Below, in pieces: positions 17,219 through 24,759 of a DNA stretch of 64,000 nt (its first letter is position 1; each line of letters starts with the position of its first letter). The translations under genes and the position numbers were made by a program. This stretch comes from a virus (Duplodnaviria; Caudoviricetes): IMG/VR virus record IMGVR_UViG_3300023194_000121, positions 770 to 64,769 of that record; one strand, given 5' to 3'. The notes under the pieces are model-generated. The model was not told where the DNA came from. It did no database searches and worked only from the letters and a program-made list of their open reading frames with translations.

Positions 17219-18690
17219 GCAACGTCGTCCCTATCACTGCCACCGTGCCGCCGCAGGAACCGCTGCCTCAGTCTATTGAGGCCGAACAAGCTCTTTTAGG
17301 GGCTTTGCTCCTCAACAATGCCATCTTCGGCCAGATCTCGTCGATGATCGAGGCCGAGCACTTCGCGGAAGAATTGCACGCGCGAATTTTCGATTGCGCG
17401 GCGCAACTGATCAAGGGCGGCCGCAACGCATCGCCGGTGACCATGCTCGGATATCTCGGTGATGCCGATCTCGGTCAAGGCATGAGCTTACGCCAATACC
17501 TGGCGAGGCTATGCGCCGAAGCAACGACCATCATCGCCGCCCCGTCTTATGCGTTGACCATCCGCGAACTCGCCGATCGCCGGGCCATGATCATCACGGC
17601 GCAGGCCTTGATCGAGCAGGCCATGCGCTCGGGCCCGTCCGTGCAGCCATCCAGCCTCGCCAGCGAAGCGATGACGGCATTGCATGCGATTGCTGTGAGC
17701 GATTCCAGAGGCGATACCCGGCGCGATCCGGGCGACAGTGCAGCAGCTCTTATCGATCGGGCCCGCCGCATCATGGCAAAGGAGATTGTCGACGACGGTG
17801 TCCCAACAGGGCTGGACGATCTCGACCGTGATACTGGTGGTTTCCAGCCCGGCACGCTGTGGGTTGTCGGCGGCAGGCCAGGTCAGGGAAAAACCGTCCT
17901 TGCCACCGGGTTCGCCCTGAAGGTGGCGCGCCGCGGCGCCCGCGATCTGCGTGACGGCAGGCCCGCAGCTGGCGCCATGCTTTTCGAGCTCGAGGTTCCG
18001 GAAAACCAGACGACGGCACGCCTGCTTGCCGATCTCGCCTATCGGGCCCGGCGCCCGATCCAGTTCGGCAGGATCATGAAGGGCGATATCGATGACGAAG
18101 ATCTGTGGTCTCTCGAAGATGCCCAGAAGCGGTTGGCTGAAATGCCGCTGGCGATCGACATCGCTTCCCGTCTTTCCGTTGCCGAGATCGCTCTTCGGAT
18201 CCGATCCGAAAAGGAACGGATGAAGCGTCGCGGCGTCCGGCTCGGGGTCGTCTTCATCGATTATCTGAAATTCGTCAAAGCCACGGATCGTTACCGTGGG
18301 CAGCGCGTCTATGAAGTCGGCGAGATCAGTGGTGCCCTGAAGCAGCTTGCCAAGGACGAACACATCTGCATCGTCTTGCTCGCCCAGCTCAACCGTCTTG
18401 TCGCCGCGCATGATCGCAAGGACAAACGTCCAACGCTCGTCGATCTTCGCGAGTCCGGCGACCTTGAGGCGGATGCCGACGTCGTCGCCTTCATCCATCG
18501 CGAAGCCTATTACATCAAGCAGTCGCCGGAATATCGAAACAACAACATCGAAGCCCAGCAGGCCTTCATCGATGCTGAACACGAAGGCGAAATCATTCTC
18601 GGAAAGACGCGCGCTGGCCCGACCAACACCGTGAAGATCTGGTGCGATATCGGTTGCTCGACGTTCGCTGCGCAGGCGAGGGGGAGTTAA
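17215..18690 (+). CDS. dnaB: DnaB-like replicative helicase
   Basis: PQSIEAEQALLGALL, GVPTGLDDLD, GGRPGQGKT, FIDYL, LAQLNR, DLRESGDLEADAD. Confidence 0.95.
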   Translation: MSNVVPITATVPPQEPLPQSIEAEQALLGALLLNNAIFGQISSMIEAEHFAEELHARIFDCAAQLIKGGRNASPVTMLGYLGDADLGQGMSLRQYLARLCAEATTIIAAPSYALTIRELADRRAMIITAQALIEQAMRSGPSVQPSSLASEAMTALHAIAVSDSRGDTRRDPGDSAAALIDRARRIMAKEIVDDGVPTGLDDLDRDTGGFQPGTLWVVGGRPGQGKTVLATGFALKVARRGARDLRDGRPAAGAMLFELEVPENQTTARLLADLAYRARRPIQFGRIMKGDIDDEDLWSLEDAQKRLAEMPLAIDIASRLSVAEIALRIRSEKERMKRRGVRLGVVFIDYLKFVKATDRYRGQRVYEVGEISGALKQLAKDEHICIVLLAQLNRLVAAHDRKDKRPTLVDLRESGDLEADADVVAFIHREAYYIKQSPEYRNNNIEAQQAFIDAEHEGEIILGKTRAGPTNTVKIWCDIGCSTFAAQARGS

Positions 18691-19856
18691 TGGTCGAGCT
18701 ACCAGTCCCTTTCCTCCCGGCCGAAGTCGATCTCCGCGATTTTCCGTTCTTGCCGCTCGACGTCGTCAGGCTTCGGGACAGCGAGCTCGCCGCGTCTGTA
18801 TCTGGTGAAGAGTTCCGCGCCGCCGTGCTGTTATGGTGCGCATCATGGCATCAGATCCCGGCCGGATCATTGCCCGATGATGATGTCCAGCTATCCACGC
18901 TCGCCGGGTTCGGCCGCGTCGTCAAAGAATGGAAGCGGCACCGCAAAGGCGCTCTTCATGGCTGGATCAAGTGTTCGGATGGCAGGCTGTATCATTGCGT
19001 CGTCGCCGAAAAGGCGCGCGAAGCCTGGAATGAAAAGCTGGCGCAGAGATGGCGTACCGAATGCGCCCGGATCCGGAAGCATAACGAAAGGCATCAGGAC
19101 AAACTGTCGACACCAACACTTGAGGAGTGGTTGTCACAGAGACAGCCGCAACAAGTCACACGTGACAATGAGGAGAAGTCACACGGACACGAAGCGAATA
19201 GTCACACGGACAAAGATGAGATGTCACGCGGAAGTCCTGCGAACATTGGATCCAAGGGACAGGGACAGGGACAGGGACAGGGATTAATAGATAATTCCCA
19301 GCAGTGCAGCCCTACGATCCCAGATCCGGGCGGCGCGGTGCGGGCCGAGTACGATTTGCTGGAACATCGCCTCCGAGAGGCTGCTGGCCTCGTCGGGCAC
19401 CCCGCACCAGGGCTGCTCGTCACCGGCCCGATCTCGGATCTGATCGAGGAGGGCTTTGATCTGGATCGCCACATCCTGCCTGTTCTGCGGGCCAAGGCGG
19501 TGTCCAAAAAGTTCGGAAGATCATGGGGTTTTTACACCGAAGCCATTCGTGAAGCGCGTCAGAAATCGGGGTCTGTCACGACGCAACCGGTGCCGTCCGG
19601 GAGCGATCCGCGGCTGATCGAGGGCCATCCGCAGGAACTCATTTTCGATCTCGGCGGCGGCCGCACCATGCCGCTTCGCAACCTCGCCAAATGGATCCCG
19701 ATCCATCGGAAACGCCCCGATCTCTGGGATGCGCCGAGCCCGCCACCAGGCAAGCCCGGATGCAAGATCCCGGATGAGTTTCTGCCCGAGGACCTCAGGC
19801 AATCAAATCAGAACGTGAGCAAAAATGAGCAGATTTTGAGTGGATTTGAGCGGTGA
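18690..19856 (+). CDS. DUF1376 (YdaU-like) replication initiator
   Basis: DFPFLPLDVVRLRDS...LWCASWHQ.PAGSLPDDD..L..LAG; GQGQGQGQG linker; internal iterons. Confidence 0.82.
   Translation: MVELPVPFLPAEVDLRDFPFLPLDVVRLRDSELAASVSGEEFRAAVLLWCASWHQIPAGSLPDDDVQLSTLAGFGRVVKEWKRHRKGALHGWIKCSDGRLYHCVVAEKAREAWNEKLAQRWRTECARIRKHNERHQDKLSTPTLEEWLSQRQPQQVTRDNEEKSHGHEANSHTDKDEMSRGSPANIGSKGQGQGQGQGLIDNSQQCSPTIPDPGGAVRAEYDLLEHRLREAAGLVGHPAPGLLVTGPISDLIEEGFDLDRHILPVLRAKAVSKKFGRSWGFYTEAIREARQKSGSVTTQPVPSGSDPRLIEGHPQELIFDLGGGRTMPLRNLAKWIPIHRKRPDLWDAPSPPPGKPGCKIPDEFLPEDLRQSNQNVSKNEQILSGFER
19133..19245 (+). repeat. Candidate iterons (replication origin): GTCACACGGACA-like repeats at 19133, 19155, 19178, 19201, 19223
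   Basis: Five degenerate direct repeats spaced 22-23 bp inside the initiator gene. Confidence 0.7.
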
Positions 19857-20008
19857 GCGCGATTTTTCGGATGTTGTGGGTGCGGGCTCATCTGCGCTGT
19901 CATCGCTGCAGATCGGAGCGGGTTTCGTCGATGACCGCGGTGCGCGGTCACGGAAACTGGCGTGTAGTTGTTGTTAAAATTCCGAAGCGGAGGAAGTGGG
20001 GACGATGA
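19853..20008 (+). CDS. Small basic hypothetical protein (51 aa)
   Basis: Manual translation; GTGA and ATGA overlaps with both neighbours. Confidence 0.4.
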   Translation: MSAIFRMLWVRAHLRCHRCRSERVSSMTAVRGHGNWRVVVVKIPKRRKWGR

Positions 20009-20658
20009 TCGAGGTGTTCGATATCAGCGATGATGTAAAGCGGATCATTGAGGAATCGCGCGCTCAGTTTATGCCTGTCGTTGAACAGGCCTACACGATC
20101 GGGCCGAGGAAGTGGTTCGTCATTCAGACCAACCCGAAATGTGAGAACAAGGCCTCCGATAGGGTCGAGCGTCTCAATTTCAGCTCCTACATGCCGAAGC
20201 AAAAGCTCTGGGGGAAGCGTAACCGGTTTACGCGGAAAATGCCGAAGCTGACCCGTCCTCTCATGCCGGGCTATCTTTTCCTGGAATTGCCAGCAGAGGG
20301 GGCCTTCGATGCGGTCAGGCTCTGTGATGGCGTCTACCGCTTCGTGACGGCTGGCGGCGCGCCTGCAGCGATCCCTGTGACATGGGTGGACGATCTGCGG
20401 GCCAGGGAAAGGCGCGGAGAGTTCAACGCGACAAAGCAGAGGGGAAATAAATCCCGCCATATCGTCAGAAACGATAGATCGCCGTTCCCGGAATGGGTTT
20501 TTCCTGGCGCTGTTGTGCGGATAGCCGATGGGCCGTTTGCTTCGTTTCTCGGGAAGATCCTTGAAGCGCACAAGGAAAATAGGGTTCTTGTCGAGGCGCT
20601 TATTTTTGGCCGGGCCACGCCGATCGAACTAGAAGTTGCTCAGGTCGAAAAAATGTGA
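20005..20658 (+). CDS. NusG-paralog transcription antitermination factor (NGN + KOW)
   Basis: WFVIQTNPKCE...RPLMPGYLFL...DGVYRFV; PGAVVRIADGPFASFLGKI...LIFGRATPIELEVAQVEK; occupies the lambda Q position. Confidence 0.9.
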   Translation: MIEVFDISDDVKRIIEESRAQFMPVVEQAYTIGPRKWFVIQTNPKCENKASDRVERLNFSSYMPKQKLWGKRNRFTRKMPKLTRPLMPGYLFLELPAEGAFDAVRLCDGVYRFVTAGGAPAAIPVTWVDDLRARERRGEFNATKQRGNKSRHIVRNDRSPFPEWVFPGAVVRIADGPFASFLGKILEAHKENRVLVEALIFGRATPIELEVAQVEKM

Positions 20659-20833
20659 TAGCCACGGTCTTGGCTGCTGACATGCGTCGGCGGAAATGCT
20701 GAAATGTCGCCCCTAAATTGCTAGGGTAATATTCCGGGTATAAACCGGCCGAGGCGCACTGAGTAAGCCCGCAACTCGAAGCTCAGCGGGGTTGAGCGTG
20801 CGAGTGAAAATGCGAAGCGTTGGCTAGAGTCAT

Positions 20834-20866
20834 GCCCGGAACCGAAAGGTGCCGGGCTTTTCTTTT
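20834..20866 (+). terminator. Intrinsic terminator at the start of the late region
   Basis: GCCCGG-A-ACC-GAAA-GGT-G-CCGGGC followed by TTTTCTTTT. Confidence 0.8.
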
Positions 20867-20867
20867 C

Positions 20868-21071
20868 CTAAGCAATGCCGTGCTGCGGAGTATTGAACAG
20901 TAGCTTCGCTCCGATGAAATCGCCCTTGTACAAGATCCGCTCTCCTTGTGAAGGCGATGAGACCGAAACGGTATATGTTTCACGATAGAAGTGCCGGATT
21001 GTGAGAATGTGGCCGTTGCTTTCTCTAGACCATGTGGCTTGCTCGAGATCGGATGTAGTCAAGCTTGGCAT
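20868..21071 (-). CDS. Small hypothetical protein (antisense moron)
   Basis: 67-aa AT-richer ORF with GAGG RBS between two terminators. Confidence 0.4.
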   Translation of the reverse strand: MPSLTTSDLEQATWSRESNGHILTIRHFYRETYTVSVSSPSQGERILYKGDFIGAKLLFNTPQHGIA

Positions 21072-21182
21072 TGTTTATTCCTCTCTGAGTTAAGTAGATC
21101 ACCAGAGAAGCATCTCTTTTGAGTCCCGAGATAATATCAAGTGGTGATATAGCTTAGCTTCAAATTATATCGCCGTTCGGAA

Positions 21183-21215
21183 GCCCGGAGCCACAAGCTG
21201 CCGGGCATTTTTATT
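21183..21215 (+). terminator. Intrinsic terminator
   Basis: GCCCGG-AGC...GCT-G-CCGGGC followed by ATTTTTATT. Confidence 0.65.
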
Positions 21216-21287
21216 ATGTTCGTCATTCTGACCAAGCGCCGCTGGCAAGACCTGCTCGCGAACATCTTCAACATGGAGAAACGTATC

Positions 21288-21545
21288 ATGGCATCTCTCG
21301 ATGACCTCAAGGCCGCCGTTGCCGCCGAAACCACTCTCGTCGCCGGCGTCGGCACGCTGATCACTCAGCTTCAGGCGAAGGCCACTGCCGTTCCCGGTCT
21401 CACCGACGATCAGCAGGCCGAGATCAATTCCATCTTCGCCGAAGTGACGGCCGACTCCGCATCGCTGACGTCGGCGCTCACCGCTGGCACCCCGGCGGCT
21501 CCCGTTGCTCCGGACGCGAGCGGATCCGCGCCGTCGGCGGCATAA
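21288..21545 (+). CDS. Small Ala-rich helical phage protein
   Basis: MASLDDLKAAVAAETTLVAGVGTLITQLQ; GGAG RBS. Confidence 0.65.
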   Translation: MASLDDLKAAVAAETTLVAGVGTLITQLQAKATAVPGLTDDQQAEINSIFAEVTADSASLTSALTAGTPAAPVAPDASGSAPSAA

Positions 21546-21575
21546 TGACCTGTACTGAGTTTGTTTGTAGGAACG

Positions 21576-21604
21576 AAAGCCGCCCGTTGAGGCGGCTTTT
21601 TTTG
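21576..21604 (+). terminator. Intrinsic terminator (near-identical to 27424-27448)
   Basis: AAAGCCGCC-CGTTGA-GGCGGCTTT followed by T run. Confidence 0.85.
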
Positions 21605-21613
21605 TTCATAGGG

Positions 21614-21688
21614 TGCGGGGTAGAGCAGGGGTAGCTCGGATGGCTCATAACCATCAGGTCGGAGGTTCAAATCCTCCCTCCGCAACCA
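21614..21688 (+). tRNA. tRNA-Met(CAT), initiator-derived body with atypical identity elements
   Basis: Cloverleaf TGCGGGG/CTCCGCA, D-stem GAGC/GCTC, anticodon arm GATGG-CTCATAA-CCATC, T-arm GGAGG-TTCAAAT-CCTCC, encoded CCA. Confidence 0.92.
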
Positions 21689-21717
21689 GTTTCACAACAA
21701 GAAGAAGGAAGATACCG

Positions 21718-21954
21718 ATGAAGGTACGAGCAAAGTTTGTGTGTTACGGCATCAATCACCTGCATCAAAGCGACCCGAACGCGGTCTGCGCGACGATCAC
21801 GCTGCAGCCTGTGTATGGGGATGGAAGCGACAATGCGCAGTGGTCGAAGTGGACGCCACAGGGCAAGATTGAGATGATGATCACAAATCCTGCGGCAATT
21901 GAAGGGTTCGAACTCGGCAAGTCCTATTTCGTCGACTTCACGCCTGCTGAATAG
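21718..21954 (+). CDS. Conserved small phage protein
   Basis: MKVRAKFVC...L.PVY....N..WSKWTPQGKIEMMITNPAA...FELGKSYFVDFTPAE. Confidence 0.75.
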   Translation: MKVRAKFVCYGINHLHQSDPNAVCATITLQPVYGDGSDNAQWSKWTPQGKIEMMITNPAAIEGFELGKSYFVDFTPAE

Positions 21955-21967
21955 AATACAAGCGGAA

Positions 21968-22345
21968 GCATCGCGATCCGTGACGTTGATGAAAGCAAGC
22001 CGACGTAGCGACCGGCTAAGCGATGCCAAGCGGGGAGGATAGCCCCGCAACCAGTTCCTGATGCCGGGTTCGCCCCGGCTAGGCGCACACTAACTTTCCT
22101 GTTCAGGTGTGTGGCTGAAGAGCAGACAAACAGGCGCGCAACGCTCGTCCGTCGATGGCTACAAGCGCGATAATTCGCCCGAATGGACAACGAAGCAATG
22201 TCACCGGCTGGGGACGCCCAGCTTTGACGGCCTCAAGAGGTTTCGGCCCGCGCGAGCGATAAGCCCGGAAAAGTCTCAGAAGCGCGTGACGGTGACAGTA
22301 GGATTAAGGCGGGTAGCGCCGCTGGCGTAGGTTACGCCCGGCACG
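21968..22345 (+). ncRNA. Candidate structured non-coding RNA
   Basis: At least eight helices, including long-range perfect 7- and 8-bp stems and a possible pseudoknot; no credible ORF. Confidence 0.5.
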
Positions 22346-22351
22346 CGATTA

Positions 22352-22564
22352 TTACTGCGGCCCGTCATAGCTCCTGATCCCAAGGGCTATCGCGGCACAG
22401 GCAAGCTCTACCGGCTTCGGGATATCGATTGGCGTCTTGTCCGCCTTCCTGAAACCAGAGTCATACATCTCGATCGTACTCTTTGAGACGCCGAGAGCTT
22501 CGCCCGCTGCGACCTGGGAAAACCCCATGTGCTTGCGCCAGGCTTTGAACTGCTCGCTGGTCAT
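22352..22564 (-). CDS. Small XRE-family HTH protein
   Basis: MTSEQFKAWRKHMGFSQVAAGEALGVSKSTIEMYDSG. Confidence 0.8.
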   Translation of the reverse strand: MTSEQFKAWRKHMGFSQVAAGEALGVSKSTIEMYDSGFRKADKTPIDIPKPVELACAAIALGIRSYDGPQ

Positions 22565-22678
22565 GCTATATATTCTCTCAAGGGGTGACGCTTATTCGCT
22601 CCGGTGCGAGGAGCCCTAGGTGGCGGGGCAGAGCCACAACAGAATCCACCTTAATCATGGCAAAGCTGGTCTTATCCA

Positions 22679-22879
22679 ATGCCCGAGCTGAAGAACCGCA
22701 TCACAGTCGAGATGGCTGGTACTCCGCATGTCACCGTCAAAGCCATCATCAAGTCGACAGATGACGCCATCGAAGTGGTCAACGCCATCCTGCGCGCCAA
22801 TGAGATGCTCTTCGATAAAGACATCGTTTTCGATAGCGGTGAGGAAGAGCGCGCCTCGAAAATCGGAAAAGCTGCATAG
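22679..22879 (+). CDS. Hypothetical protein
   Basis: 66-aa ORF immediately before terS. Confidence 0.5.
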   Translation: MPELKNRITVEMAGTPHVTVKAIIKSTDDAIEVVNAILRANEMLFDKDIVFDSGEEERASKIGKAA

Positions 22880-22882
22880 TGT

Positions 22883-23434
22883 ATGCCGGTCCTAACCAAC
22901 CGAAAATATGAGCTTGTCGCCCAAGGTCTCGCCGAGGGTCTCACCGAGTCTGACGCCTATGAGCGGGCTGGCTATAAACGCCACGACGGGAATGCCGGGC
23001 GTTGTGCCCGAGATCCACGCGTGCAAGCGCGCGTCGCTGAGATCCTCGCCGAAGGCGCTGAAAAGGCCGGTGTCACGGTTCAGCGTATCGTCGACGAGCT
23101 GGCCAAGATCGCTTTCGCTGACATCAGGAAAGCGGTGAAGTGGCGCGGCCATCTCACCCGAGAGTCTGACAACCCGGACGGCGGCGATGTTCTTGTCATC
23201 AAGGAGATCGTCACCAATCATGTTGCCCTCGTCGACGGCGACGAGATCGATGATGATACTGCGGCTGCCATCTCTGAGATCTCGCAGAACCAGAGCGGCG
23301 GAGTGAAGCTTAAGATGCACGATAAGCTTTCGGCACTCGAAAAACTTGGCAAGCATCTCGGGATGTTCAAGGATCAGGCGCCGCAGGTGACCGTCAATTT
23401 TGTCGAGCGCGATAAGTTTGATCGCGAGGTCTGA
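22883..23434 (+). CDS. terS: Terminase small subunit
   Basis: AYERAGY...P.VQARVAEI...VTVQRIVDELAKIAFADIR...KLKMHDKLSALEKLGKHLGMF. Confidence 0.9.
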   Translation: MPVLTNRKYELVAQGLAEGLTESDAYERAGYKRHDGNAGRCARDPRVQARVAEILAEGAEKAGVTVQRIVDELAKIAFADIRKAVKWRGHLTRESDNPDGGDVLVIKEIVTNHVALVDGDEIDDDTAAAISEISQNQSGGVKLKMHDKLSALEKLGKHLGMFKDQAPQVTVNFVERDKFDREV

Positions 23435-24756
23435 TGACCATCGCATTCAGTAAAGGGCAGAATGTCGCCCGCGAAATGATGGCGGGACCTCAGCGCTTTT
23501 CCGGCCTTGTTGGTGGAACGCGTTCGGGCAAAACGTTTCTGATCGTCCGGGCAATTGTGCATCGAGCGCTGCGAGGGCCGGGATCGCGCCATGCGATGAT
23601 GCGTTTCCGTAATAATGCGGCACGGTCATCACTGGCGCTCGATACATTGCCGACGGTCATGAAGGTTTGCTTCCCCGGCGTCTCGTTGGTTGAGAAGCGG
23701 CAGGACGGCTATTTCGAAGTCGGTAACGATGGCGCGCAGATCTGGATCGGCGGCCTTGATGACAAGGACAGGGTCGAAAAAATCCTCGGCCTCGAGTTTG
23801 TGACGATGTTCCTCAACGAGGCGTCGCAGATCCCGTATTCATCGGCTCTCGTTGCATTCACCCGTCTCGCGCAAGTGGTGCCTGGCCTGAAGCAGCGCGG
23901 CTTTGTCGATCTCAACCCAGTCGGTCGCGGACACTGGACCAATGTTCTCTTCGGCGAGAAGCGCGATCCCATCTCGAAGCGGCCGCTCGCTGATCCTGAG
24001 AATTATTCGCGGGCCTTTCTCAACCCGAAGGATAACGCGCACAATCTCTCGAAAGAATTTCTGGCAAGCCTGCAAAATCTCCCGGAACGCCAGCGTAAGC
24101 GCTTCTATGACGGTGTCTATGTCGATGAGGTCGATGGTGCACTTTGGACATACGAGTTGCTCGAAGGGACGCGATGCGAGCCGGAAGATATTCCGGAGAG
24201 CAAGCGCGCGGCCGTTGTTGTTGCGGTCGATCCATCAGGTGCCAGCAGCAAGGAAGATGAAAGCGCGGACGAGATCGGCATCATCGTTGCTGCGCGCGGC
24301 CAGGATGGGCATGGCTATATTCTGGATGATCGCAGCGTGCGGGCCGCGCCGGCACAATGGGCAAGGCGGGCTGTGACGGCTTATCACGAGTTCAATGCAG
24401 ATTGCATCGTAGCTGAATCGAATTTCGGTGGCGCAATGGTTGAGGCGGTCATCAAGGCGGCCGATCGCCATGTTCCGGTGCGTTTGGTGACGGCGAGCCG
24501 GGGCAAGGCGGTGCGTGCCGAGCCAATATCGACACGATATGCTCAGAAAGAGGTCCACCATGTCGGCCGGTTTCCGACTTTGGAAGATCAGCTCGTTGCT
24601 TTCTCGAGCAATGGCTACACCGGAGCGGGCAGCCCCGATCATGCTGATGCGGCGGTCTGGGCGCTGACCCATTTGTTCGGGGTTACACCGCCTCTGCAGA
24701 TCCCTGACGCAGTTCTGAATAGATTCTCACAACCCGCTCAGGCGCGGCGCTGGTAA
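23434..24756 (+). CDS. terL: Terminase large subunit
   Basis: Walker A GGTRSGKT, LNEASQ, VVAVDPS, AESNFGG, PDHADAAVWA. Confidence 0.93.
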   Translation: MTIAFSKGQNVAREMMAGPQRFSGLVGGTRSGKTFLIVRAIVHRALRGPGSRHAMMRFRNNAARSSLALDTLPTVMKVCFPGVSLVEKRQDGYFEVGNDGAQIWIGGLDDKDRVEKILGLEFVTMFLNEASQIPYSSALVAFTRLAQVVPGLKQRGFVDLNPVGRGHWTNVLFGEKRDPISKRPLADPENYSRAFLNPKDNAHNLSKEFLASLQNLPERQRKRFYDGVYVDEVDGALWTYELLEGTRCEPEDIPESKRAAVVVAVDPSGASSKEDESADEIGIIVAARGQDGHGYILDDRSVRAAPAQWARRAVTAYHEFNADCIVAESNFGGAMVEAVIKAADRHVPVRLVTASRGKAVRAEPISTRYAQKEVHHVGRFPTLEDQLVAFSSNGYTGAGSPDHADAAVWALTHLFGVTPPLQIPDAVLNRFSQPAQARRW

Positions 24757-24759
24757 GCA

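Noticed and set aside
19257-19283. Tandem GGACAG hexamer repeat as a CRISPR, VNTR or iteron array
   Set aside because: It is in frame and encodes the GQGQGQGQG linker common in these initiators; no spacers, and better iteron candidates lie upstream
21980-22085. TGATGAAA and CTGATG segments as a hammerhead ribozyme core
   Set aside because: The required CUGANGA-stem II-GAAA order is not present
22352-22564. XRE gene as the antitoxin of a toxin-antitoxin pair
   Set aside because: No adjacent toxin ORF on the same strand
10700-22900. CtrA boxes (TTAA-N7-TTAA) in phage promoters
   Set aside because: No exact match found by eye in the intergenic regions inspected; a PWM scan would be needed to exclude half-sites
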